Shown: in pieces, positions 19,537 through 29,954 of the stretch
Layout: every line of letters starts with the position of its first letter
How positions within the stretch are numbered: the first letter of the stretch is position 1
From: Patescibacteria group bacterium
GTDB lineage: Bacteria; Patescibacteriota; Minisyncoccia; Phycocordibacterales; PALSA-1337
Assembly (NCBI GenBank): GCA_038064415.1
Contig: JBBTTD010000002.1
Coordinates: 8,865-72,864, forward strand
Direction of reading: 5' to 3'
Length of the DNA stretch: 64,000 nucleotides
Translations under genes and position numbers: made by a program
Notes under the pieces: generated by a model
Told to the model about the DNA's origin: nothing
The model's input: only the letters and a program-made list of their open reading frames with translations
Database searches by the model: none

Positions 19537-21348
19537 ATGCACAAGCATGAGATTTTTTCTGAGCGGAATGATCCGGTATTGCTGAAGAAAATAACTCGAA
19601 AAATAAGGGGCCTTTTTTCTGGACCATGTGAGCGTATTCTCCTCATAAACATACCACAGGTAGCCGAAGCAGATTTCGATCTTCCCACAGCCAAACTTGC
19701 TCGGTACCCTTGTTTCCCTCCTTGTGGTGCGGGCTTGCTATCACGCGATTTACGAGATGTGGGATATCAGACTAAACTTCTTGATCTGAACTTCGAGATA
19801 CTCTCTCGAGTAAAAGAGTCGGATTTCCATTATAATCTGTGGCAAAATTCAGTAGATCAAGTGATCAAAATTTTTGTCCCGAATCTGATTGGAATAAGTT
19901 GTATGTTTTCCATGACGCACGCTTCAATGCGGGCAGTTGTAGATTATATAAAAAGACACCATCCTCATATACCAATCATAGCTGGAGGTGTACATGTATC
20001 CGGTAATGCAGCGATGGTCTTGAATGAGATTAAAGGAGTAGATCTTGCTCTCCGTTATGAAGCAGATATTGCCTTAGTCACAGTAGTTGATTTTATAAAT
20101 GGCAAGACAACAGAAAATCAACTGACTCAAATAGCGACATCAGTAGAAGGAGAATATCTAGAAATAACGGAAAGAAGCATTCCAGACGGTAATAAAGTAA
20201 ATTATTCTCCAGAATACGATGACCTGCCAATCGGTAATTACAGTTTAACTGGAAGTATCGGTGCTTATCATTGGCTTCGTACTGATCATCCGCCCGTAGG
20301 CACCATCCTTGCAAATAGAGGGTGTAGGGCTGCTTGCACTTTCTGTTCTGTCCATAGTTTTAATGGCGCGGGAGTCCGAAGTAGGACTGCAACTACTGTA
20401 GTAGATGAAATGGAGAGAATGGTCCAAAAATATGGCATCAAGCATTTTATGTGGCTTGATGACGACCTTTTTAGACCAGACTCTGCGGTGGAACTCTTTC
20501 CTGAAATCACTAGGAGAAGACTGGGTATAACATGGGATGCTTCAAACGGCGTGATTGCAAGAGCTTCTACTCCAGAAATGATACATGCGGCTTCGGAATC
20601 CGGATGTATCGGTCTGAGTTTTGGAATAGAATCTGGCAATCCAAAAATACTGAGGGACGTAAAAAAACCCAGTACCGTTGAACATTTCAAAGATGTAAGT
20701 CAAACTCTGAAAAACTATCCAAGAATGTTTTCCAAGGGTTTCCTAATGGTAGGATTTCCTGACGAAAACATCGGTCAAATTCGAGACACTGTAAATCTTG
20801 CTGTAGACATGGCTCTGGATTGGTATCCTATCCAAATTCTTTCCCCTTTTGGTGGGACAATAATGGCAAAGGCACTAGTCAAGAAAGGAGTAGTGGACGA
20901 ACATTCAGTCCTATCTTCAAATATGTTTGTCGGTGTTACCGGCAAGCAGAGAGTGAAGGAAAGACTTGAAACTACCTCTAGCGTCTTTAATCACGAAATT
21001 CTGGATGCTGATCAAGATCAGATGCGTGTTCCATCTAAGGAAGAAATGGCGGATATCTGGTTCCTTATGGATTACAGAGTCAACTACGAGCAGATTCCAA
21101 ACCAGATCAATCCAATCAAATTGGCTATGAAACGCCTCATGCTTCGTGATGTTCGGGACAGAGTCCCTAAACATATTCCAATGGCAAGTCTCTTCCTTGG
21201 GATCATTAACCAAAAGCTTGGTAATCATGAAGAAGCTAAAGAAAACTTCATGGAGACAGAGCAATATCTTAAGGAATCAGTCTTTTGGCAAGTGCGTTTT
21301 AAGAAGCTTGGCTTAATCAATCTTCTCAGAAAACTTAGCAATGACTAG
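19537..21348 (+). CDS. Cobalamin-binding radical SAM protein
   Basis: N-terminal B12-binding domain (IGIS.MF, IIAGGVH), RGCRAACTFC (CxxxCxxC), DDD, GIESGN, MVGFP.E; SD-like GAAAGGA upstream. Confidence 0.9.
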   Translation: MHKHEIFSERNDPVLLKKITRKIRGLFSGPCERILLINIPQVAEADFDLPTAKLARYPCFPPCGAGLLSRDLRDVGYQTKLLDLNFEILSRVKESDFHYNLWQNSVDQVIKIFVPNLIGISCMFSMTHASMRAVVDYIKRHHPHIPIIAGGVHVSGNAAMVLNEIKGVDLALRYEADIALVTVVDFINGKTTENQLTQIATSVEGEYLEITERSIPDGNKVNYSPEYDDLPIGNYSLTGSIGAYHWLRTDHPPVGTILANRGCRAACTFCSVHSFNGAGVRSRTATTVVDEMERMVQKYGIKHFMWLDDDLFRPDSAVELFPEITRRRLGITWDASNGVIARASTPEMIHAASESGCIGLSFGIESGNPKILRDVKKPSTVEHFKDVSQTLKNYPRMFSKGFLMVGFPDENIGQIRDTVNLAVDMALDWYPIQILSPFGGTIMAKALVKKGVVDEHSVLSSNMFVGVTGKQRVKERLETTSSVFNHEILDADQDQMRVPSKEEMADIWFLMDYRVNYEQIPNQINPIKLAMKRLMLRDVRDRVPKHIPMASLFLGIINQKLGNHEEAKENFMETEQYLKESVFWQVRFKKLGLINLLRKLSND

Positions 21349-21378
21349 AAGACATTTGTTTGTTTTATTTAATCACAC

Positions 21379-21413
21379 GACCTCACCGCATTATGTGTGT
21401 GGGGTCTTTTTTT
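21379..21413 (+). terminator. Intrinsic terminator after the radical SAM gene
   Basis: GACCTCAC...GTGGGGTC stem followed by a T tract. Confidence 0.65.
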
Positions 21414-22437
21414 ATTTTATCTGTTCACGTGCCCACTCAATTGTCCTCTCCAAACCTTTGTCAAAAGTAGTAAAATTGAACCTTTTCATTTCCTTTATTA
21501 TCTTGCTAAGATCGAGTCTGACAACTACTGGGTCTTTTCCAATATGTGAAATTGTTGATCTTGTTTTTGGAATTTTACATGACGCTTTTGTATATTTTGA
21601 AATCTTTTTCGCAAGCTCATATATTGAAATACTGTCTTGACCACCCACATTGTAAACCATATCTTTTCCTTTAAAAGCAGTGAAAAATATCATGGAAATA
21701 ACATCAGTAATATAGCCATAGGTCTTAACTGCCCTTCCTTCATCCAAGAGAATTATATTCTTTTCAACAAGCGCTTTTCTGATAAAATCGCTCATAACTC
21801 GCGTGTCACTGATTGGAAGCCCTGGACCATAGATATGTGATATTCTGACTATTTTTACATTAGTTCCATTCTTCATCTTATATGCCGAGCAAAGCGCTTC
21901 TCCAAGTCGCTTTGATTCACCATACACAGATCGTGGTTTGTGAAGAGGGTGATTTCCATTGTAATCTTCTTTTGTTGGAATAAATTCAGAAAGAACCTCC
22001 CCATAAATTTCCGCGGAGCTAAAATAAATAAAAGTACTTTTAGGCGACCACTTGAGAAGCTCAGATGTAGCATTTACATTTATTTTTACAAGCGAAAGGG
22101 GGTCATCAATAAATTTTGCAGGCTGACCATATCCAGCAGCATGAAAAATATAGTCAAATCCTTTAAGATTAAACTCTCCAGATAAATCTACCTTCTTAAA
22201 TTTCACCATAGGATCACCCTCAAGTATTGAAGAGAATGATCTCTTTGGACTAGAAAATCCAACAGCATAAATTAACGCGTTAAGCTTCAATTCATTATTC
22301 GCTAAGGATAGTGCAGCAACAACATATTGACCCAAAAAACCAGTCGCACCAGTCACGAGTATTTTTTTCCCTTTTATTTTTGTGAAATCAACCCTTGAAA
22401 GGATCTCCCGACAATCCTGCTCAATAATCTTATTCAT
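21412..22437 (-). CDS. NAD-dependent epimerase/dehydratase (extended SDR)
   Basis: ILVTGATGFLG, SSAEIYG, YGESK (YxxxK), YGPG; start MNKII overlaps the upstream gene's stop. Confidence 0.9.
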   Translation of the reverse strand: MNKIIEQDCREILSRVDFTKIKGKKILVTGATGFLGQYVVAALSLANNELKLNALIYAVGFSSPKRSFSSILEGDPMVKFKKVDLSGEFNLKGFDYIFHAAGYGQPAKFIDDPLSLVKINVNATSELLKWSPKSTFIYFSSAEIYGEVLSEFIPTKEDYNGNHPLHKPRSVYGESKRLGEALCSAYKMKNGTNVKIVRISHIYGPGLPISDTRVMSDFIRKALVEKNIILLDEGRAVKTYGYITDVISMIFFTAFKGKDMVYNVGGQDSISIYELAKKISKYTKASCKIPKTRSTISHIGKDPVVVRLDLSKIIKEMKRFNFTTFDKGLERTIEWAREQIK

Positions 22438-24271
22438 GACTTTCAACCTTTTTGACCTTTGGACCACCCCCAGGAAGAGGAGGATTCTCCCAACCCTCAA
22501 CAGGCTCAATAATCATGTTTTTTTTGAATTCCTCTCTTGGCAAATATGGGTACATATCTTCAATGGGAGTGTTCCATCCAAAAACTCTAGGTTCGTACGC
22601 ATACCAATCCCCACAATCAACATCACAGATAATTGGCCCGTTGAAAGAAAGTACCTCCCTGATCATTTTTCGAGAATCTTGGTTTTTGGAGATTTTCTTT
22701 GTTGCGACTCCATATGCATCAGTAATTTTTATAAAATCTGGCGGGACATAACCTTTTGGACCAGACGCTTCGTGTCTAGATTCAACATTTGTATCTTGAA
22801 AAGCTTTGATAATTCCATAGAAATGATTGTTGATGATAAAGGTTTTGATCTTGATACCATATGTAATGAGAGTTTGAATCTCCTGAATATTCATATTAAA
22901 ACCTCCATCACCGATGATACATACTACACTTCTTTTTTTATCAGCGGCAAACCACGAACCCATTGCTCCACAAAAAGAGAACCCCATCGGTGAGTTACCA
23001 TTATTTGTAATATAGTTCTGACCATTTTTTGTCTCAAACGCGTGATTGCTTGTTACAATGTTCCCCCCACAATCAGCCACAAGCACATCTCCTTTCTTCA
23101 TTTCTTCTGATAAGATACGCATAAAAGAGTACGGATTGACCTTGCCTTTGGCTTTAATAAATTCTTGACGAACGGGATCGTATTTATTCTTCCATGTCAT
23201 GACCTGTTTTGTCCAAGAGGAGACATCTGGAAGATTTATCTTTTCAAGCTTAATCATTAGTCTTTCAAGAAAGATCTTCGCGTCAGAATATATGCTGACA
23301 TCAAAAGGAACTTGCTGAAGTTTTTTTTGAAGTAGGGCGGGATCAACATCCACAACATACTTTTTCGCGCCCCTGGCAAATGTTTTCAAATTTCCACCAG
23401 TTATGCGTCCAGATATTCTACTTCCAATTGCTATAAGTAGATCACTATTTTGCAAACCAAAATTTCTTCCTCTACCACCGTATGTTCCAACTCGTCCACC
23501 ATAATATTCATAATCAGAAGGCACGACTTCTAGGGCATTCCATGTTGGAAACATTGGAATTTTTAGTATTCTACCGACTTTCTGTAAAAATGCTGTGCCT
23601 TTTGCAATGCCAACACCACCCCCAATAAGCATTACAGGTCTTTCTGATTTTATTAAATCCTTGAGCAATTGGTCTATTTGTTTATCAATAACATCAATGT
23701 CGTAATTTACACGATGTGCTTTCTCGTCAAAGCCGATCAGCTTTGTAGGATCTATCTCTGTTTTCTGCAGATTCATGGGGATATCCAGAAGAACTGGCCC
23801 AGGTCTTCCGTCTGTCGCAAGAAATAAGGCCTTTTCAAGTTCATATTTAATGTCTTCTGCTTTTCTTATCAATTTGGAATATTTTGTAATTGGGGATGTA
23901 ATAGCAACAATATCAGTCTCTTGAAATCCAACTTGTCTTATTGTAGGATCTGCACGCAAAAAATCAGAATTTATCTGCCCTGTTATAAAAAGTGCCGGTA
24001 CGGAATCGTAAAAGCAATTACCAATAGGAGTGACTAAATTCATGCCGCCTGGACCACTAGTCGCAATAGCAACACCGGAAATACCTTTAACTTTTGCATA
24101 CCCCTCTGCCGCAAAACCAGCTGCCTGTTCGTGCATCATGGCCACATATTTGGTCTTTTTCGTACGCGTAAAAGCATCAATCAGATATGCATTAGCGGCA
24201 CCTGAAACAACAAACATTCTGTCAATCCCCTTATCAGCGAGGTAATTTATGACGAAATCAGATAATTTCAT
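22430..24271 (-). CDS. Thiamine diphosphate-dependent enzyme (acetolactate synthase-like, YerE type)
   Basis: HEQAAGFAAEGY, TSGPGGMN, GFQETD, GRPGPVLLDIP, ThDP motif GDGGF..NIQE...NN; inside the glycan locus with no ilvN/ilvH partner. Confidence 0.88.
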   Translation of the reverse strand: MKLSDFVINYLADKGIDRMFVVSGAANAYLIDAFTRTKKTKYVAMMHEQAAGFAAEGYAKVKGISGVAIATSGPGGMNLVTPIGNCFYDSVPALFITGQINSDFLRADPTIRQVGFQETDIVAITSPITKYSKLIRKAEDIKYELEKALFLATDGRPGPVLLDIPMNLQKTEIDPTKLIGFDEKAHRVNYDIDVIDKQIDQLLKDLIKSERPVMLIGGGVGIAKGTAFLQKVGRILKIPMFPTWNALEVVPSDYEYYGGRVGTYGGRGRNFGLQNSDLLIAIGSRISGRITGGNLKTFARGAKKYVVDVDPALLQKKLQQVPFDVSIYSDAKIFLERLMIKLEKINLPDVSSWTKQVMTWKNKYDPVRQEFIKAKGKVNPYSFMRILSEEMKKGDVLVADCGGNIVTSNHAFETKNGQNYITNNGNSPMGFSFCGAMGSWFAADKKRSVVCIIGDGGFNMNIQEIQTLITYGIKIKTFIINNHFYGIIKAFQDTNVESRHEASGPKGYVPPDFIKITDAYGVATKKISKNQDSRKMIREVLSFNGPIICDVDCGDWYAYEPRVFGWNTPIEDMYPYLPREEFKKNMIIEPVEGWENPPLPGGGPKVKKVESHE

Positions 24272-24360
24272 ATATTAAAAAATACTATAACAGATTGCTT
24301 ATTTATGCAACACGAACATTTCAGCTGGTGTCCGAACCACTGAACCTACTTGATTGTCTC

Positions 24361-25563
24361 TTATTTTTTAATTACACTTTCTACTGCTCTATTCAATCTT
24401 CTACAGCCCTCCCGAAGTTTTTCTTCAGTATTTGCATAACATACCCGTACATAATTTTTTCCTCCTGGACCAAATCCTGAACCTGGACACACGACAACTC
24501 CTTCTGTCTCCATGGCATGTTTAGTAAATTCATCTCCATTCATGCCGGTCTTAGTAACGTCAATCATCAAATAAAAAGCTCCGCGAGGCTTTGAAAATTC
24601 AAATTCGGAAATTTTTCCTAATTCTTCGCATACGATATCTCTAAGCTTTCTGTATTCATGTAGATATCTTTCAGAAAATTCATTTCGGCACTCTATAGCT
24701 GTGACGCAAGCGTCCTGTAAAAATGGTGGCACACAAGACACTATTGTTTGAGATAGTAAGGCAATTTTTTGAATAATCTTTTCAGGGCCAACGGCGTAAC
24801 CAACTCGCCATCCTGTCATCGCGAATGGTTTAGAGAAGCCATTGGTAACTATAACTCGCTCACGACATTCATCTAGAGTACCGACACAAAAATGTTTCCC
24901 TTCATATACCATTCTAGCGTATATTTCATCACTTAATATCAATATATTATGCTTCTTGGCTAATTTATATATCTTTATAAGATCGTCTTTTGTATAAACT
25001 GCTCCCGTTGGATTGGATGGAGAGTTAATGACTATAATGCGTGTTTTGGGAGTAATACAATCTTCAATTGATGACGGATTCATGCGAAAACCGTCTTTAT
25101 GGGTAACTGGGATATGGATACCTTTTATATTCAACATATTTATCACAGCATTGTATGTAACGAAAGATGGGTCAGCTAAAATCACTTCTTCGCCCTCGTT
25201 AACAAGTATTGAAAAAATATAAAATATAAGAGGATTAGCTCCAGAAGTAACAACTATTTGAGAGAGGTCTGGTTCAAAAGAAAAATCTTCAGAAATAGAT
25301 TTCTGAATAGCGACCCTCAATGTATGCTCACCATAAGAACTACCATAATGGGTATTCCCAGCGTTAATAGAAGAAATAGCTACATCTTTAACTTTTTGTG
25401 GCATTTCAAGATGCGTATCGCCAATTTCAAAATGAATTAATTTTTTTCCATGCCTTTCTAATTCCTTTGCCTTTTCCAACACTTGAAACATTGATTGACC
25501 GACTATCTTATCAGCAAATTCTGAAAGTCTGATTCCAGAGTCCGTTATATTGATTTTATTCAT
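24361..25563 (-). CDS. PLP-dependent aminotransferase class I/II
   Basis: NSPSNPTG, SDEIY, GFSKPFAMTGWRVGY, GAFY. Confidence 0.92.
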   Translation of the reverse strand: MNKINITDSGIRLSEFADKIVGQSMFQVLEKAKELERHGKKLIHFEIGDTHLEMPQKVKDVAISSINAGNTHYGSSYGEHTLRVAIQKSISEDFSFEPDLSQIVVTSGANPLIFYIFSILVNEGEEVILADPSFVTYNAVINMLNIKGIHIPVTHKDGFRMNPSSIEDCITPKTRIIVINSPSNPTGAVYTKDDLIKIYKLAKKHNILILSDEIYARMVYEGKHFCVGTLDECRERVIVTNGFSKPFAMTGWRVGYAVGPEKIIQKIALLSQTIVSCVPPFLQDACVTAIECRNEFSERYLHEYRKLRDIVCEELGKISEFEFSKPRGAFYLMIDVTKTGMNGDEFTKHAMETEGVVVCPGSGFGPGGKNYVRVCYANTEEKLREGCRRLNRAVESVIKK

Positions 25564-25649
25564 AACGGATAGTATATGCCCCTTTAATATAGCGGTCAAT
25601 CATGTATTTTTATGATTTACAATTCACTATAGGTATGTATAATATTGGT

Positions 25650-26435
25650 ATGCTTTATAAAATTTTTCTGCTTTCTTTAAATACTTCTTTTATCAAGAGA
25701 GTATTACGCAAATTTGGTATAAGAAAATTAAGCCCTCGCAAAGAAGATTTGGAAAATGCTCCTCTAATTAAAAAATACATCAGTGGAAAATCATTCGCGG
25801 ACATTGGATGTATGTGGGGAGTCAATGGACTAAATTCTTTCATCGCAGAAGAAAACGGAGCGACGAAAGTTACCGCTGTTGATGTCTATCCAGAAAGTAA
25901 AGAATTTTTGGAAAAGAAAAACAATAATAATTCAAAAATTCAATATGTAAAAGGAGATATTAATTTATTAAGTACCACACAAAAAATAGGCATCGCTGAT
26001 GTCGTCCTGTGTGCTGGAGTGCTATACCATACACCTGACCCTGTCCATTTACTCACACAATTACGTTCAATTTGTGGTGAAATTTTAATTTTAAGTACTT
26101 CTATTGTGCCGGAATCTCCTGGCATAAGAAATACTGCGGTTTTTTATCCTTTTTTAGACGCAAATCAACGAAAAATCTGGAATAGGGGCGTGGGCACACA
26201 AAAAGCCATTACAGGTCCATACGAGCCGGAAAGTGGCTATGGAAACTGGTTCTGGGGCTTCAGCCCTAGTTGTGTAGAGTCCATGCTTCAATGTTCTGGG
26301 TTTGAGGTTATAGAAAAATATATTTTCCCATTCAATTCTACTTTTGTATGCAGGGTTGTATCTTCAAAATTCATTGCGAAATCTGGAGAATGGACGACTC
26401 CACAAGATGCGGATTTCGCAAAATTTAAGCGTTAG
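25650..26435 (+). CDS. Class I SAM-dependent methyltransferase
   Basis: FADIGCMWG, AVD, GVLYH.PDP; start set 6 nt after TATAAT. Confidence 0.8.
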   Translation: MLYKIFLLSLNTSFIKRVLRKFGIRKLSPRKEDLENAPLIKKYISGKSFADIGCMWGVNGLNSFIAEENGATKVTAVDVYPESKEFLEKKNNNNSKIQYVKGDINLLSTTQKIGIADVVLCAGVLYHTPDPVHLLTQLRSICGEILILSTSIVPESPGIRNTAVFYPFLDANQRKIWNRGVGTQKAITGPYEPESGYGNWFWGFSPSCVESMLQCSGFEVIEKYIFPFNSTFVCRVVSSKFIAKSGEWTTPQDADFAKFKR

Positions 26436-26441
26436 GATTTT

Positions 26442-27353
26442 ATGATCACAAATAACATTCAACTTTCCTATCTCGTAATAACAAAAAATAAACTTCCCTA
26501 TCTCAAGAACAGATTGGAAAGATTGTTTTCTGAAAAACTAGGTGACGAAGAGGTTCTAGTAGCTGACGGTCACAGCACAGATGGGACAAAAGAATATATA
26601 GATCAATTAAAAAAAGATGGTAAAATATCTTATTGTATTTCAGAAAATGATGTCGGGATCGCTCAAGCACTGAATAAACTAGCTCTAGTAGCAAGAGGGA
26701 CATTGATCACATCTATAACTGACGACGATGTTTTCCATTATCCAACAATACTAGACTGCAAAAATTTCATGCTCCAACATCCTCAAACTGATGTTGTTTT
26801 CACAAATGGTGGCATAAAAAATCGAGACATTGAAAAATCAGTGAGACCACTAATTTATCACCCATATTACGAAAGATGGCAAAAGGATAGAACCCCTTTC
26901 ACGGCAACTGATCTTGGAATGATGTTTCGTCGAGCCTCTATCTCACTCATCGGTCTATGGAACACATCCTTTCCAGCACCTGACGCAGAGTTTGTCTTCA
27001 GAATCATGACAAGTAAGGCAAATGTTGCATGGTGTAAAGGTTTCTCATTTATCAATGTCAGTAATGCGCATGCAGTAAGTCTATCGCACATGAAACAGAT
27101 AAAGCTTGATATGGATAAACTAAACAAATACTATCTAGATAAAAATCCAGATCCATTCATTATTGAAAAACTGAAAATCATCCGAAACAAGTGGCGAAGC
27201 AAATCATTATTCCAAAGAACAAAAGATAGGGTAAATAAAAAAATAAATAATGAAAATCCAGATGAATGGCTAAAACTTATCAGTGTCGCTGAAAAATGGC
27301 TAGATCAGAAATACCTAGAAAATAAACCTGCATTTCTTTGGAACAAAATATGA
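26442..27353 (+). CDS. GT2 glycosyltransferase
   Basis: VADGHSTDGT, A.ALN, TDDD. Confidence 0.8.
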   Translation: MITNNIQLSYLVITKNKLPYLKNRLERLFSEKLGDEEVLVADGHSTDGTKEYIDQLKKDGKISYCISENDVGIAQALNKLALVARGTLITSITDDDVFHYPTILDCKNFMLQHPQTDVVFTNGGIKNRDIEKSVRPLIYHPYYERWQKDRTPFTATDLGMMFRRASISLIGLWNTSFPAPDAEFVFRIMTSKANVAWCKGFSFINVSNAHAVSLSHMKQIKLDMDKLNKYYLDKNPDPFIIEKLKIIRNKWRSKSLFQRTKDRVNKKINNENPDEWLKLISVAEKWLDQKYLENKPAFLWNKI

Positions 27354-28117
27354 AAGAATATTTAAAATCTATTTCATTTTTCAAAATCATAGTCATAACT
27401 TTCAAAACTATGAGGTGTAGACATGGATTTTTTTTGAAAATTAAAAATTTAATAGCATTCTATATTGGTTATGTTAAATACAAAAAACTCAGAAAAAATA
27501 ACAAATTTATACTTAATACTAAAGACTTGTTTCCTAGAATTTACGACAAAACATCTTTGACTGCCCTGGATCCTGTTTATTTTTATCAAGACACATGGTG
27601 CGCAAAAAAAATATTTGAATCTATGCCAGAACATCATTATGATATAGGATCAAAAGCTGATATGGTAGGGATTATTTCCCAGTTTGTACCGACAACAATG
27701 GTTGACATAAGACCGTTGACTGTAAAACTTTTTAATTTGACATTTATGGAGGGAAATATCTTATCGCTTCCATTTGAAGATAACTCAATCCATTCGCTAA
27801 GTTCTATTTGCGTCATTGAGCACATTGGTTTGGGGCGTTATGGTGATCCGCTTGATCAGTTTGGCTCAGAAAAAGCGGTCTTGGAGCTTTTTCGTGTACT
27901 TGCGCCTTTGGGAAATTTGTATATTTCTGTTCCCATTGATAAAGAAAACAAAATCTATTTTAATGCTCACCGCGCTTTCACGAGAGAATATATTTTGGAT
28001 ATTTTCAAACCCCTGGAACTTATTGAAGAAAAATACATCTTTGGTAATAATTTAATTGACGTCTGCAAAAAAGAAAACGGGTTTGGGACAGGTTTATACC
28101 ATTTTAGAAAAAAATGA
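27350..28117 (+). CDS. DUF268-like methyltransferase-fold protein
   Basis: YFYQD.W, HYDIGS, VDIRPL, SICVIEHIGLGRYGDPLD, FNAHR. Confidence 0.8.
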   Translation: MKEYLKSISFFKIIVITFKTMRCRHGFFLKIKNLIAFYIGYVKYKKLRKNNKFILNTKDLFPRIYDKTSLTALDPVYFYQDTWCAKKIFESMPEHHYDIGSKADMVGIISQFVPTTMVDIRPLTVKLFNLTFMEGNILSLPFEDNSIHSLSSICVIEHIGLGRYGDPLDQFGSEKAVLELFRVLAPLGNLYISVPIDKENKIYFNAHRAFTREYILDIFKPLELIEEKYIFGNNLIDVCKKENGFGTGLYHFRKK

Positions 28118-28968
28118 CTAATACATTCACCATAGTAACCCCATCATACAATCAGGGTTCTGTCTTGGAAGAAACGATCCTTAGCGTCCTTTCTCAACAA
28201 GGAAATTTTCATATTGAATACATAATAGCTGATGGTGGTTCAACAGATCAAAGTGTAGAAATAATAAAAAAATATGATAAATTATTAAAGAAAAATGGAT
28301 TTCCTATAAAGTGTAGAGGTATAGAATTTCGATGGTGGTCAAAAAAGGACAATGGAGAGGCAGCAGCCGTTAATGAAGGATTCAGAAACGCAAGAGGTGA
28401 TATTTTGGCATGGATTTCTTCTGATGATTTCTATGAATCAAATGCTTTAAATATTGTTTTGAAAAGGTTTCAAGAAGATAATACTGTCATTCTAGTACAT
28501 GGAGATGCCTACCATTATTACTCTAAAAATAAAAAAATATTGGCACGCTCAATCGAAACTAACTTTGACGATTTATTAAATAAAGGAAATGTAATCTCTG
28601 TACCTTCGGTTTTTTTTACAAAAAAAGCACTAACTGAAGCTGGTCCTTTAGATGAAAATCTACATATCACAGATCTAGATTTATGGCTTAGGCTTGCAAA
28701 AATTGGAAAAATATCCTATGTGCCCCACATATTAGGTAATTTTAGAGTTTGGAAAAATTCTAGATCTATTTATCTTCATGATAAATTTGGTACAAAAGAA
28801 AGGAAGAAGCTACTTAAAAGATACGGCGGCAGAAGAATTGATCCAAAACATATTTATAAAATAAAATCAAAAATCAAATTAATTGGCTACATAAAAAGTA
28901 GTGCACCAGGATTATACATCTTTATAAAGAAAATTTTCTATAAAGTCCTCGATGCTTTCCGTTATTAA
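28114..28968 (+). CDS. GT2 glycosyltransferase
   Basis: IVTPSYNQ, DGGSTD, W.SSDD, D.DLWLR. Confidence 0.9.
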   Translation: MTNTFTIVTPSYNQGSVLEETILSVLSQQGNFHIEYIIADGGSTDQSVEIIKKYDKLLKKNGFPIKCRGIEFRWWSKKDNGEAAAVNEGFRNARGDILAWISSDDFYESNALNIVLKRFQEDNTVILVHGDAYHYYSKNKKILARSIETNFDDLLNKGNVISVPSVFFTKKALTEAGPLDENLHITDLDLWLRLAKIGKISYVPHILGNFRVWKNSRSIYLHDKFGTKERKKLLKRYGGRRIDPKHIYKIKSKIKLIGYIKSSAPGLYIFIKKIFYKVLDAFRY

Positions 28969-28982
28969 TGTATAATTCAAGA

Positions 28983-29954
28983 ATGATATCTATGGATAAT
29001 ACCATTAAAACTCCAATTGCTTTCTTTGTTTTTAATAGACCAAATATAACCCAGAAGGTTTTTAATGAAATAAGAAAAGCGAAACCCGAAAAACTTTTCC
29101 TCGTTGCCGACGGACCTCGAAATCAGGCAGAAAAACAAAAGTGTGATGACGTTAAAAAAATAATTGGAAATGTAGATTGGAAATGCGAAGTCTATAAAAA
29201 TTATTCAGTTATCAATATGGGGTGTGATCCGCGAATTGCTTCTGGCATAAATTGGGTATTTCAAAATACAGACAGAGCAATATTCCTTGAAGATGATTGC
29301 TTTCCCAATCAATCGTTTTTTCGATTTTGTGATGAATTGCTAGAAAAATATAAGGACGACAAAGAAATTATGCACATAAGCGGAGATAATTTCCAGACTG
29401 GAAACAAGAAATTCAAATGTAAAGAAGATTATTATTTCTCAACGATATCGCAAAGTTGGGGGTGGGCGACATGGAAAAGGTCTTGGAATCTTTATGATAA
29501 AGATTTAAAAAGATGGCCTGAAGCAAAAAAATCCAACTTATTAGGTAAAATCTTTGACGACAAGGCATATGCAGATTATTGGGAAAATTTACTTCAGAAA
29601 TTCTACGAGAGACAGAGAGTAAACTGGGATGGACGGTGGACATTCGCCTGTTTTGTTAATAGAGGATTATGTATAATGCCGAAAGTAAACCTTATCTCAA
29701 ACATCGGCTTTGGTGAAAGTGCTACTCATACGAAACAACAAAAACACAAATCTGCTAATCTTCCAACATATCCTATTGAGTTTCCGCTGACACATCCGGA
29801 TAAGAAAACAACTAACCAGATAGCCGACGATTATACTATGAAACAATTTTTTGGGGTAAACGAAAACTTAAAACAGACAATAAAATGGTGGCTTAAATCA
29901 ATGTTCCCTGCGCCATATCGGTATTTAAAAAATCTCCATTATAGAAATATATGA
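28983..29954 (+). CDS. Nucleotide-diphospho-sugar transferase (HlpA-like, GT-A)
   Basis: FNRP, ADGPR, IFLEDDC, WGWATW, NL.SNIGF..ATHT. Confidence 0.82.
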   Translation: MISMDNTIKTPIAFFVFNRPNITQKVFNEIRKAKPEKLFLVADGPRNQAEKQKCDDVKKIIGNVDWKCEVYKNYSVINMGCDPRIASGINWVFQNTDRAIFLEDDCFPNQSFFRFCDELLEKYKDDKEIMHISGDNFQTGNKKFKCKEDYYFSTISQSWGWATWKRSWNLYDKDLKRWPEAKKSNLLGKIFDDKAYADYWENLLQKFYERQRVNWDGRWTFACFVNRGLCIMPKVNLISNIGFGESATHTKQQKHKSANLPTYPIEFPLTHPDKKTTNQIADDYTMKQFFGVNENLKQTIKWWLKSMFPAPYRYLKNLHYRNI

